A DNA stretch of 64,000 nt from Eukaryota sp. TZLM1-RC (taxonomy: Eukaryota; Protista; Metamonada: BaSk clade), in NCBI GenBank assembly GCA_040285825.1, contig JAUPSS010000010.1, forward strand, positions 124,001 to 188,000, read 5' to 3'. The position numbers and the translations under genes were made by a program. The notes beneath the pieces are model-generated. The model saw only the letters and a list, made by a program, of their open reading frames with translations. It was not told the origin of the DNA and searched no databases. How positions within the stretch are numbered: position 1 is the first letter of the stretch; every line of letters begins with the position of its first letter. Of this stretch, positions 1 to 12,321 are shown piece by piece.

Positions 1-405
1 TTAACTCGGATGTAAATAATCCTCTTCTTGCAGGCGAAAAATATAAAATTGCTAAATATGCGAAACCCATTTCCTCGGTTAATGAAAATTCTCATGCCCA
101 ATATAATTTATGTCCATTTGTTTTTTCTTTGCTTGGATCTCTAGGTAAGGCTGCTATGGCTTTCCTTGAGGATTTTGTTGTAGTTGTAAAGGAAAGAACT
201 GGAAGAATTTTCAATCGTGTTTACTGGCAAAACAGGATTGTATTTTCTATTTTTAAAGGAATGGTAACACTAATTTCTGATTCACTATCTTCTGTTGGGA
301 AATTTTCTGAATCTTTAGCGATTAATTGTTTTGATGTAGGGGAGGCAGGTTTTGAGGATGTGGAGTTTTAATTGTGTATTTCATATTTGTTGTTGAATAA
401 AAATA
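1..405 (+). mobile_element. Family E CRE-like LINE, 3' end (runs off window)
   Basis: RLE C-terminus ..K.YKIAKY..PFVFSLLGSLG..AGFEDVEF* (stop 371), short 3' UTR with AATAAA; abuts an antisense A copy. Confidence 0.9.
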
Positions 406-1479
406 AAGATAAAGGAACGAAATCTCATATTCAGAGTCCAAGCAGAATCGGATAAGAGAGTACCATAAACTTGTGGAATTGTTGTTACTAAGGCAGAAGA
501 AGTACTGTCACACATATCTTGTAAAAGATTTGCAAAAGCGGGATTCTTTTTCTTGGCCAAGCCAAGTCTAACATCAAAATCCAAGCTTTCAAAAATCTTT
601 GACAATTTTTGTTGAAGCTTTTTACAGCAAAACTGTAAATTAAATAGAGATCGGTTTGGAATTTCTTGAATTGATTGAGGAAAACATTTGGTCCAAATTT
701 GTGGCGGTAATTTTTCAAGTTCACAAGATAACTCATACAAATAGGGACTACAATTGGGGACTAACAGATCAGAATCATCAGGAAATCTACGAGAAAATTC
801 ATAAATAAAATTTTTGCCACCACCCAAGAATGCTGATTGACACAAAATTGAAGATTTAGCAAAACCAATACCACCCAAATTTGCTGAAGAAAATAAATGG
901 CTTTTCAACATTCCTGGTTCTACATCCAATAAATCAGCAAAAAATTCCGTTCTCAATGAATTAAAAGAACGACAAAAATCTAATGCTATGGAAGGAGCAC
1001 AAGATCTCAAAATGTGGGTTATTCTCCCAGTGTAGCAAATTTTAAGCATGAAAAATTTAATATGCTTTTCTATATCTAAAGAAGAAATTGAATCAAGTTC
1101 AATTTTCATTTTTTCCAAAATAACTTGCAATTCATTCTGAATTTGAGGCACATTTCCTAACCAACAACCAAGGAACTTAAAAGCATCACTACTATAATTA
1201 GTAAAAGGGACAATAGAATCGTTTATCACGAGGTCTTGAGCAGAAGAGCCAATCAGAAGGCATTTGCTGGCATTAAGATGAAGCCCAATATTTTCATATG
1301 AATCGGCAATTTCTTGAGCAACCAATTCTAGTAAATCAAATGAACCAATCAAGGATATATCATCCATATAAGCAACTATTTTTATAGAAGGGTATTTTTG
1401 CTTAATGATATTTAAAGTTTTGTGAATAGCTAAACAAAACAATAATGGGCCTAAAGGATCTCCCTGCTTCACTCCAGAA
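406..1479 (-). mobile_element. Family A internal fragment (RT core to thumb/linker)
   Basis: ORF 381-1472 QGDPLGP..YMDD..GGIG, near-identical to other A copies. Confidence 0.9.
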
Positions 1480-1601
1480 CTATCTTCTTTTGGGAAATTT
1501 TCTGAATCTTTAGCAATTAATTGTTTTGATGTAGGGGAGGCAGGTTTTGAGAATGTGGAGTTTTAATTGTGTATTTCATATTTGTTGTTGAATAAAAATA
1601 A
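1480..1601 (+). mobile_element. Family E extreme 3' fragment
   Basis: Near-identical to about 285-405 (stop, UTR, AATAAA). Confidence 0.85.
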
Positions 1602-1617
1602 GGATGACATCAAAAAA

Positions 1618-1855
1618 AATTTTATTGATGATTTTGAAAATCTTGTGAAAAGAAGACTGAATAAGCGTTTTGATCGTCGCTTGTGGCTAAATTGTATTGT
1701 TTTTACTATTTTCAAATCAATTCCTAAAATGATTTCGAAAGCTTTGATGTCTGTCAGTGCACATTACGAAGAAATTGCTGTTGTGAGGTTTGATGGTGTG
1801 GAAGCTTGTTTTGAAGATATTGACTTTTAGACTGTAGTTTAATAATAAATTAAAA
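1618..1855 (+). mobile_element. Family B (variant B2) 3' fragment
   Basis: ..EEIAVVRFDGVEACFEDIDF*, tail actgtagtttaatAATAAAttaaaa. Confidence 0.88.
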
Positions 1856-1869
1856 CATCTACAACAAAA

Positions 1870-1990
1870 AAAATACAATTTGTATCCATTTGTATTTTCC
1901 CTTTTTGGTTCACTTGCACCAACTGCTTTACGTTTTTTGGATGATTTTGAAATGATTGTAAAGAGAAGAACTGGCAGAAATTTCAACAGA
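1870..1990 (+). mobile_element. Family A short RLE-region fragment
   Basis: Matches about 5021-5142. Confidence 0.8.
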
Positions 1991-2580
1991 ATTTTTTATT
2001 TTTTTTAAATTAATTTTATTTTATTGTTAAACCACAGTCTAAAAAGTCAATATCTTCAAAACAAGCTTCCACACCATCAAACCTTACAGCAGCAATGTTT
2101 TCATAATGTGCACTGACAGACATTAAAGCTTTCGAAATCATTTTAGGAATTGATTTGAAAATAGTAAAAACAATACGATTTAGCCACAAGCGACGATCAA
2201 AACCCTTATTCATTCTTTTTTTCACAAGATTTTCAAAATCATCAATAAAATTCAAAGCAGTTTTTCCAAGACGACCATACAACGATATAGCAAATGGGCA
2301 AATTTGGTAATCTACATGGCGAACATGTTTCAATTCTTTTAAAGGATTTGCATACTTTTTCCGTTTGTACAATTCGGAGTCATCAAGGGGGGATACTTCG
2401 GATTGAGCATTTTTCAAGGCATTTTTCTTGCAAACATCCACTGTTACGACATCAACAACATTCATGACATCATCAAACGAGGGCACAACAACATCAGCAC
2501 GTCGTTTTCCATATTCTGAATCTCTTACGCTTTCATTTATATCAAGAGACCTCAACAAAGGTTCAACAAAAGATTCAATA

Positions 2581-5326
2581 CAAAAGATTCCCCCGATCCG
2601 GATCCCAGTAGAAATAAGTCCCGCCAGCACAATCCCCTTCTCAATGGAAATGAGAAATTTTACTTCTGAATTGAAAAATAATAAGTGGAATATTTCATCC
2701 TTCTGGAAATATTTTGCTAGAAAAAACAAAAATTGTTTTAAGAAAAAAATTTGGAAATAGAAAAATTGTAAAATCAAAAATTTGCCGTAAATTGTGCTTA
2801 CGTGGTCGTTATGGTGCCGCAAAGCAGTCTTTGTTTTCCTCTTCTTTGGCTGATGCAAACTCTGATACCCTTGAAAAACTTCAAAGTTGCATCCTCAAGA
2901 AAATTTCAAGTGCAGCAAGCCTGAAGTGTGTCCTTTTTGGATTGAAAATCCTATTACTGCAATTGAAGTTCTTAAAGCTATTCAAAAATTGCCAAAGGGG
3001 AAAGCAGCAGGCCCATCTGGAATTTCTTTTGATCTGTTGAAAATAGCGTGTTCCAGTGCTCCTGAAATTGCTGATGATCTAGCCCACTATTTTCAACAAT
3101 TGATTGTTTTGAAAATTAATCCTCCATTTGAATTACTCGCAGCACGTCTGATTGCTTTAGTAAAGCCTGGAAACGGAATCAAACCTGATGGAATACGCCC
3201 AATTGCTGTTGGTGAATCTCTTTCTCGTTTGCTAGCATCAATTGTCTTCGATCGTGTCAAAGACAAAGCTTCTACATTTTTGAATCCTCATCAATTTGGA
3301 ATCAAAACAATTGATGGCGCTTCTGTTGCTGCTATTGCCTCTGATACCTTTTTTAATGCAGAGGAAAATAATTTTATTTTTAATCTCGACTTTAAAAATG
3401 CTTTTAATTCTGTAAAGCGAGAAGCAATTTTTGAAGTTATTAAATCTGATTTTCCTGAGCTATCGAGTTTTTTCTACCATTTTTATGGGAAAGAATCAGA
3501 TTTAATTTTTAATTCATTTGGTCTTAAATCATCTTCTGGAGTGAAGCAGGGAGATCCTTTAGGCCCATTATTGTTTTTGTTTAGCTATTCACAAAACTTT
3601 AAATATCATTAAGCAAAAATACCCTTCTATAAAAATAGTTGCTTATATGGATGATATATCCTTGATTGGTTCATTTGATTTACTAGAATTGGTTGCTCAA
3701 GAAATTGCCGATTCATATGAAAATATTGGGCTTCATCTTAATGCCAGCAAATGCCTTCTGATTGGCTCTTCTGCTCAAGACCTCGTGATAAACGATTCTA
3801 TTGTCCCTTTTACTAATTATAGTAGTGATGCTTTTAAGTTCCTTGGTTGTTGGTTAGGAAATGTGCCTCAAATTCAGAATGAATTGCAAGTTATTTTGGA
3901 AAAAATGAAAATTGAACTTGATTCAATTTCTTCTTTAGATATAGAAAAAGCATATTAAATTTTTCATGCTTAAAATTTGCTACACTGGGAGAATAACCCA
4001 CATTTTGAGATCTTGTGCTCCTTCCATAGCATTAGATTTTTGTCGTTCTTTTAATTCATTGAGAACAGAATTTTTTGCTGATTTATTGGATGTAGAACCA
4101 GGAATGTTGAAAAGCCATTTATTTTCTTCAGCAAATTTGGGTGGTATTGGTTTTACTAAATCTTCAATTTTGTGTCAATCAGCATTCTTGGGTGGTGGCA
4201 AAAATTTTATTTATGAATTTTCTCGTAGATTTCCTGATGATTCTCATCTGTTAGTCCCCAATTGTAGTCCCTATTTGTATGAGTTATCTTGTGTACTTGA
4301 AAAATTACCGCCACAAATTTGGACCAAATGTTTTCCTCAATCAATTCAAGAAATTCCAAACCGATCTCTATTTAATTTACAGTTTTGCTGTAAAAAGCTT
4401 CAACAAAAATTGTCAAAGATTTTTGAAAGCTTGGATTTTGATGTTAGACTTGGCTTGGCCAAGAAAAAGAATCCCGCTTTTGCAAATCTTTTACAAGATA
4501 TGTGTGACAGTACTTCTTCTGCCTTAGTAACAACAATTCCACAAGTTTATGGTACTCTCTTATCCGATTCTGCTTGGACTCTGAATATGAGATTTCGTTC
4601 CTTTATCTGGCCTGATAATTTACCTCATAATTTAATTTGTAAATGTTCTCGAGAAATTACAACTACTCATTTGTTAAATTGTAAACATTTTATTACTTTT
4701 TAGAAGCAAGGTTCATGATGCTGTAAGAGACCAGTTATATTGTATGTGTAAATCTCATAGAATTGAATCCTTCTTGGAACCTTTGTTGTCAAATCTGTTT
4801 GATGCTGAAAATGATTTTCATAAGAATAATAGAGGTGATGTCATATTACCTGGATTAGATGGAAGCTTCATTTTATTGGATGTAATGTCTGTTGATCCTT
4901 GTAATGCCTCAAATGAAAGGCTTGTTAATTCTGAAATTCATAATCCCCTTTCAAATGCTGAAAATTTTAAATTCAAAAAATACAATGAACCTTTGTCCAA
5001 ATTGGCCAGTCTACAGCATGCAAAATACAATTTGTATCCATTTGTATTTTCCCTTTTTGGTTCACTTGCACCAACTGCTTTACGTTTTTTGGATGATTTT
5101 GAAATGATTGTAAAGAGAAGAACTGGCAGAAATTTCAACAGATTGTTTTGGCAAAATAGAATTGTGTTTTCTATTTTTAAGGGGATGTTGAAGATGTTTT
5201 CTGATGCTTTGCTTTCTCTTGGATCTCGCTATGAGAGAGTTGCATCTAGTGTTTTTGTTTTGGGAGAGATGGATTTTTTAGATGTTGATTTATAGGTTTA
5301 GAATAAAAAAAAAGATATTCCAAAAA
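2581..5326 (+). mobile_element. Family A 5'-truncated copy inserted antisense into B
   Basis: TSD aaaagattcaata at 2568-2580 and 5327-5339; RT+RLE ORF pieces 2887-5295; interrupted poly(A). Confidence 0.93.
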
Positions 5327-7800
5327 AAAAGATTCAATATGATAGGAATTACACATTGCATGGATTTGATCTCTGACTGCATCATGCAACGTAGAACGAT
5401 AGGAAATATATCTATTACAATTAAATAAATGTGATAATGTCAAACCAGCTCCACATTTACAAAACAAATCATTGGGCAAATTACAAGGCCATAAATAACA
5501 ACGCATTCTCATAGCAGTGGTCCATTGGTCGTCATTCAAAAATAGACCATAAATCTGGGGAATTTGATTTATCAAAACTGCAGATGAACTGTCCTTCAAA
5601 TCAATCAAAAAATTGGCAAAAGCAGGATTTTCTTTCTTAGCCGTGCTAAGTCGAACAATAAAATCCTTGTTTTCAAAATTTTTCAAAAAGATGTCGTTGG
5701 AGCTTTTTCAACGCAAATTTTAATGAATATAAACTTCTGTCTGGAATTTCTTGAATGGATATGGGGAAACATGATTGCCATAAGTCGGGAGATAAACTGG
5801 ATATTTCTTCTCTTAAGTTATCCAGGAATATGCTATTTGTATTTTCAAGAAGATTTTCGGCAAAAGGATATCTTCTAGAGAATTCAAATACAAAATTTTT
5901 CCACCACCAATAAATGCAGCTTTGGTCAAATATTTTGATGAATTGAATCCAACACCGCCAAGTTGAACATCAGAAAAATATGATTTTTCAAAATTGATGG
6001 ATCAACAGACATTAAATAAGCCAAAAATTGGGTACGTATTTTGTTAAATTGTCTACAAAAATTGTAAGTTAGGGATGGAGGTAATGATCGCAGTAAATGA
6101 GTAATTTTCCAGCATAACAAATTTTCAAAAGAAAAAACTTAAGATGTTTTTCCAATTCAAGAGCCTTTATGACTTCTAGCTCTTTTTTAATTGAATTTAA
6201 ATAATTTTCAAGACTGTCAAATGTCTTTTCGGCGGAACCTAAATAGCAACCCAGAAAGCAGAAACTAGTTGAAGTATAATCAATATATGGAACTTCGAGG
6301 GAATTAATTATTAACTTAACATTTTTTTCTAGAAATACAAAAACATTTTTGAACATTCAAATCAAGACCTATGGATTGGTATAATGTAGCAGCTTCATTA
6401 GCAACCCTATTAATTGTACTTTCTGGACCAATACAAGAAATGTCATCCATGTAAGCTACCACTTGAAGGTCAGAATTTTCTTCTTTTAATTTTTTCAAAA
6501 TTGGGTGAATTGCAAGACAAAAAAAGAAAGGACCTAAAGGGTCTCCTTGTTTAACTCCTGATAAAGAATCCAGATTAAAAAGAATTAAAAATTAAATCAG
6601 ATGAATTACCATAAAACCTATAAAAAAAGGTTTCGAGTTCAGGAAAATTTGATTTGATTTCTTTCCAAATTGAATCTCTTTTCACTGAATTGAAAGCATT
6701 TTTGAAATCAAGATTAAAAATGCAACTATTTTCGTGACAATTGAAAAACAGATCAGATGTCAAAGCTGCAACTGAAGCTCCATCTATAGTTTTGATTCCA
6801 TATTGGAATGGAGAAAAGTATTCTTTAGCTTTTGTTGAAACTCGATTAAAAATTACTGAAGACATCAAGCGATAAATGGCTTCACCAATGGCAATTGGGC
6901 GAACTTTTCCATTAGGTTTAGTTAAAGCCACTAACCGTGATGCACTTAATTCTTTGGGTGGAACAATTTTCATTGTCAAAACATCTTGAAAAAAGGAACA
7001 TAAATCTTTAATAATAAAGGCATTTTGGCGGCACACAGATTTCAGCATATCAAAAGTAATTCCAGATGGACCTGGAGCTTTTCCAGATGGAAGACGGAAA
7101 ATGGCAGTTTCAACTTCTTTTTCAGAAAGTGGATTTTGTTTCCAAAATTGTGAAGCAGATGGTTTATCCAAATTAAGAAATTCAGCTGGATGCAGATCCA
7201 CTAATTGATTTACAGTTTCATCAGTCACAGGAGCAAGATCAGATGAGAACAGAGCGTTTTTCCCTGAACCATATCTCCCACGTAGCAAAAGTTTTCGTAC
7301 AGTCTTATTCTTGGGTTGTTTCTTTGGAGTGAAAACCTTTTGGGGACGAGAACCTGATTTTTGTTCAAGGAAGAATTTCCAAATAGAAAATATATCCCAT
7401 TCTCCTTTTTTCAAAGCAAGACTGAATGTTCTAAACGCAACAGAAAAGGGAATGGAAGCCTTGGGACTGAGAATATTCGGAATCTTACATGGAGGCCGTA
7501 ATGTATCAAGCGAGGAGCAAACATGGCATACATATAAATTATTTTTTAAAATATATCTTTCAGCTTTTTCATTACAAATAGCACAATTATCAATTTGACT
7601 TGCTTCAAGGGGAATATCTAACATCACTGCATCATTGTCTTCTGCAGTGCACTCATCTTTGGGAGGTAAATTAAATTCTAAATTATTTAATTCAGCGGCA
7701 GCGGCGGTTACAGAATAAGAAATAGATGGATTTTGATAATTTTCACATTTTTTAGAATTCTTTTTATGACCAACTTTATGACAGGATGAGCAACGGGGAG

Positions 7801-7886
7801 TTTTTTTTTCTCCCTCCCTTAGTCAACCCTTTCATATTTCACTTTCTGTCAAGGCGTCAAAGTCGTACTGTTTCTCTGTCAAAACG
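7801..7886 (+). promoter_or_regulatory. 5' leader of family A: oligo-T plus 77-nt pyrimidine-rich UTR (putative internal promoter)
   Basis: Bounded by the TSD; homologous leaders at 20688-20769 (-) and 57920-58005. Confidence 0.6.
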
Positions 7887-10800
7887 ATGCCTTTGGCTGA
7901 TAGTGACTCTGATACTGATTGGAACGCCCAAGCAAAGATTCTACCAGTCAGATCAAGCTCATCCACTCCACTTCCCCACTCTCCCCACAATACAAGCTAT
8001 GCTCGAAATTCATCTCAAAAAAATTTTCATTCAAAAACTGATCATTGTACCAGAAAAAACACAGAAAAACCACCATTACGTTCCTTGCGTTCTGTTGCGC
8101 GTTCTATTAACAACTCCGTTTCTCGAAATTTGTTTTCTCCAGCTGAAACTGCAAAAAGTCAAAAGTCTATTTCTACTTTTAACTCAAAAATTGACAAAAT
8201 TGAAAGAACTGAAAAAATGAAACCACTGCCATTAAAAGGTTCTAAAAAATGTTCGATTTGTGGTATCAGTGGTCATAATTCGAGAACGTGCCCTGAGAAA
8301 CAAAAAAGAGAATTTGAATTAAAATCTGCTCAACAAATTTTCAAATGTTCTGTTCCAGCTGTTGCCGTTGTGAAAGGTGCTGAAAATAATGTTTCTGACG
8401 ATCAACAGTTAAATGCTTCTAGTGTTCCCTCTTCTTCCCCTTCTGAAAACAGTAATTTTTGTTGTCCATTTTGCAAAAAAGATGTTGCAGATTCACGAAA
8501 TGGTCGAAAACTTCTGTTTTGTACGAATTGTAAAGCCGTTGATACCGTAAGACCCCCGATCCGGATCCCAGTAGAAATAAGTCCCGCCAGCACAATCCCC
8601 TTCTCAATGGAAATGAGAAATTTTACTTCTGAATTGAAAAATAATAAGTGGAATATTTCATCCTTCTGGAAATATTTTGCTAGAAAAAACAAAAATTGTT
8701 TTAAGAAAAAAATTTGGAAATAGAAAAATTGTAAAATCAAAAATTTGCCGTAAATTGTGCTTACGTGGTCGTTATGGTGCCGCAAAGCAGTCTTTGTTTT
8801 CCTCTTCTTTGGCTGATGCAAACTCTTATACCCTTGAAAAACTTCAAAAGTTGCATCCTCAAGAAAATTTCAAGTGCAGCAAGCCTGAAGTGTGTCCTTT
8901 TTGGATTGAAAATCCTATTACTGCAATTGAAGTTCTTAAAGCTATTCAAAAATTGCCAAAGGGGAAAGCAGCAGGCCCATCTGGAATTTCTTTTGATCTG
9001 TTAAAAATAGCGTGTTCCAGTGCTCCCGAAATTGCTGATGATCTAGCCCACTATTTTCAACAATTGATTGTTGTGAAAATTAATCCTCCATTTGAATTAC
9101 TCGCAGCACGTCTGATTGCTTTAGTAAAGCCTGGAAACGGAATCAAACCTGATGGAATACGCCCAATTGCTGTTGGTGAATCTCTTTCTCGTTTGCTAGC
9201 ATCAATTGTCTTCGATCGTGTCAAAGACAAAGCTTCTACATTTTTGAATCCTCATCAATTTGGAATCAAAACAATTGATGGTGCTTCTGTTGCTGCTATT
9301 GCCTCTGATACCTTTTTTCATGCAGAGGAAAATAATTTTATTTTTAATCTCGACTTTAAAAATGCTTTTAATTCTGTAAAGCGAGAAGCAATTTTTGAAG
9401 TTATTAACTCTGATTTTCCTGAGCTATCGAGTTTTTTCTACCATTTTTATGGGAAAGAATCAGATTTAATTTTTAATTCATTTGGTCTTAAATCATCTTC
9501 TGGAGTGAAGCAGGGAGATCCTTTAGGCCCATTATTGTTTTGTTTAGCAATTCACAAAACTTTAAATATCATTAAGCAAAAATACCCTTCTATAAAAATA
9601 GTTGCTTATATGGATGATATATCCTTGATTGGTTCATTTGATTTACTAGAATTGGTTGCTCAAGAAATTGCCGATTCATATGAAAATATTGGGCTTCATC
9701 TTAATGCCAGCAAATGCCTTCTGATTGGCTCTTCTGCTCAAGACCTCGTGATAAACGATTCTATTGTCCCTTTTACTAATTATAGTAGTGATGCTTTTAA
9801 GTTCCTTGGTTGTTGGTTAGGAAATGTGCCTCAAATTCAGAATGAATTGCAAGTTATTTTGGAAAAAATGAAAATTGAACTTGATTCAATTTCTTCTTTA
9901 GATATAGAAAAGCATATTAAATTTTTCATGCTTAAAATTTGCTACACTGGGAGAATAACCCACATTTTGAGATCTTGTGCTCCTTCCATAGCATTAGATT
10001 TTTGTCGTTCTTTTAATTCATTGAGAACAGAATTTTTTGCTGATTTATTGGATGTAGAACCAGGAATGTTGAAAAGCCATTTATTTTCTTCAGCAAATTT
10101 GGGTGGTATTGGTTTTACTAAATCTTCAATTTTGTTTTTTTTTGAAAAGTAATATTTATTTTCAAAACCACAGTCTAAAAGTCAATATCTTCAAAACAAG
10201 CTTCCACACCATCAAACCTTACAGCAGCAATGTTTTCATAATGTGCACTGACAGACATTAAAGCTTTCGAAATCATTTTAGGAATTGATTTGAAAATAGT
10301 AAAAACAATACGATTTAGCCACAAGCGACGATCAAAACGCTTATTCATTCTTTTTTTTACAAGATTTTCAAAATCATCAATAAAATTCAAAGCAGTTTTT
10401 CCAAGACGACCATACAACGATATAGCAAATGGGCAAATTTGGTAATCTACATGGCGAACATGTTTCAATTCTTTTAAAGGATTTGCATACTTTTTCCGTT
10501 TGTACAATTCGGAGTCATCAAGGGGGATACTTCGGATTGAGCATTTTTCAAGGCATTTTTCTTGCATACATCCACTGTTACGACATCAACAACATTCATG
10601 ACATCATCAAACGAGGGTACAACAACATCAGCACGTCGTTTTCCATATTCTGAATCTCTTACGCTTTCATTTATATCAAGAGACCTCAACAAAGGTTCTA
10701 CAAAAGATTCAATATGATAGGAATTACACATTGCATGGATTTGATCTCTGACTGCATCATGCAACGTAGAACGATAGGAAATATATCTATTGCAATTAAA

Positions 10801-11979
10801 TAAATGTGATAATGTCAAACCAGCTCCACATTTACAAAACAAATCATTGGGCAAATTACAAGGCCATAAATAAAGGCTTCAATTTTGTGTCAATCAGCAT
10901 TCTTGGGTGGTGGCAAAAATTTTATTTATGAATTTTCTCGTAGATTTGCTGATGATTCTCATCTGTTAGTCCCCAATTGTAGTCCCTATTTGTATGAGTT
11001 ATCTTGTGAACTTGAAAAATTACCGCCACAAATTTGGACCAAATGTTTTTCTCAATCAATACAAGAAATTCCAAACCGATCTCTATTTAATTTACAGTTT
11101 TGCTGTAAAAAGCTTCAACAAAAATTGTCAAAGAATTTTGAAAGCTTGGATTTTGATGTTAGACTTGGCTTGGCCAAGAAAAAGAATCCCGCTTTTGCAA
11201 ATCTTTTACAAGATATGTGTGACAGTACTTCTTCTGCCTTAGTAACAACAATTCCACAAGTTTATGGTACTCTCTTATCCGATTCTGCTTGGACTCTGAA
11301 TATGAGATTTCGGTCCTTTATCTGGCCTGATAATTTACCTCATAATTTAATTTGTAAATGTTCTCGAGAAATTACAACTACTCATTTGTTAAATTGTAAA
11401 CATTTTATTACTTTTAGAAGCAAGGTTCATGATGCTGTAAGAGACCAGTTATATTGTATGTGTAAATCTCATAGAATTGAATCCTTCTTGGAACCTTTGT
11501 TGTCAAATCTGTTTGATGCTGAAAATGATTTTCATAAGAATAATAGAGGTGATGTCATATTACCTGGATTAGATGGAAGCTTCATTTTATTGGATGTAAT
11601 GTCTGTTGATCCTTGTAATGCCTCAAATGAAAGGCTTGTTAATTCTGAAATTCATAATCCCCTTTCAAATGCTGAAAATTTTAAAGTCTACAGTCTACAG
11701 CATGCAAAATACAATTTGTATCCATTTGTATTTTCCCTTTTTGGTTCACTTGCACCAACTGCTTTACGTTTTTTGGATGATTTTGAAATGATTGTAAAGA
11801 GAAGAACTAGCAGAAATTTCAACAGATTGTTTTGGCAAAATAGAATTGTGTTTTCTATTTTTAAGGGGATGTTGAAGATGGTTTCCGATGCTTTGCTTTC
11901 TCTTGGATCTCACTATGAGAGAGTTGCATCTAGTGTTTTTGTTTTGGGAGAGATGGATTTTTTAGATGTTGATTTATAG
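7887..11979 (+). pseudogene. Family A polyprotein (about 1100 aa): Zn knuckle, RT, CCHC, RLE; disrupted
   Basis: ORFs 7887-8723, 8677-10152, 10885-11979; CSICGISGHNSRTC, CPFC..CTNC, YMDD, CKC..HLLNC, RGD..D. One homopolymer frameshift, the B insertion, and an in-frame deletion near 11688 that removes the K.KKY motif. Confidence 0.9.
10136..10876 (-). mobile_element. Family B (B1) 5'-truncated copy inserted antisense into A
   Basis: TSD cttcaattttgt at 10124-10135 and 10877-10888; poly-T at left end. Confidence 0.93.
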
Positions 11980-12130
11980 GTTTAGAATAAAATTAAAATT
12001 ATTAAAAAAAAAGGATGAGCAACGGGGAACATTTTTTGAGAGTTTAGTGTTTTTTGTGGCACGCTGATCATTTTTTGAATTTGAAATTTTTTGAGAAAAA
12101 TTTCGAGCATAGCTTGGAGGGTGGGGAGAA

Positions 12131-12321
12131 TTTTTTATGAATTTGAAATATATTTTCAACGCTAACAAAACATTGAACAAAAAACTAGAACTCAATATCC
12201 TCAATACATGCATCAACATCATCAAATCTTTTAAGCGCGCGATTTTCATACTCTATTCCCAATTGTAACAGTGCTTTGGTCAACATTTCTGGAATTGCTT
12301 TAAGAATACTAAAAACAATTC
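12131..12321 (-). mobile_element. Family C 3' fragment
   Basis: Oligo-T, C 3' UTR, ..DACIEDIEF* coding strand. Confidence 0.85.

Larger units (their letters stand above)
7800..12011 (+). mobile_element. Family A full-length copy (interrupted by B at 10136-10876) inserted antisense into B
   Basis: 17-bp TSD aggatgagcaacgggga at 7783-7799 and 12012-12028; 5' G-T9-ctccctccc leader, 3' AATAAA plus poly(A). Confidence 0.95.
1992..12129 (-). mobile_element. Family B (B1) near-full-length copy split by two A insertions (segments 1992-2580, 5327-7799, 12012-12129)
   Basis: T-rich tail at 1992; the segments rejoin into colinear B once the inserts and TSDs are removed. Confidence 0.9.

Noticed and set aside
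488-736. Recurrent small ORFs (MSYLVNLK.., MKFLPVLL.., MILVMPQM.., MGCFFGVK.., MDMGKHDC..) as accessory genes
   Set aside because: They are alternative-frame or antisense shadows of the RT/RLE ORF, recur only because the element is repeated, and are not conserved between families
5290-5312. Non-standard genetic code (TAA/TAG read as sense)
   Set aside because: All families end at TAG/TAA shortly before the poly(A) signal and long ORFs are free of them, consistent with the standard code
7801-7886. HDV-like ribozyme in the 5' leader as in R2
   Set aside because: The leader is pyrimidine-rich and I cannot fit the nested double pseudoknot by eye; a covariance or descriptor search would be needed
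8700-8730. Programmed frameshift or two-ORF organisation
   Set aside because: Frame breaks fall at different homopolymer runs in different copies and are absent at this position in others (30958-31824, 44116-45699); they are more likely sequencing indels or decay
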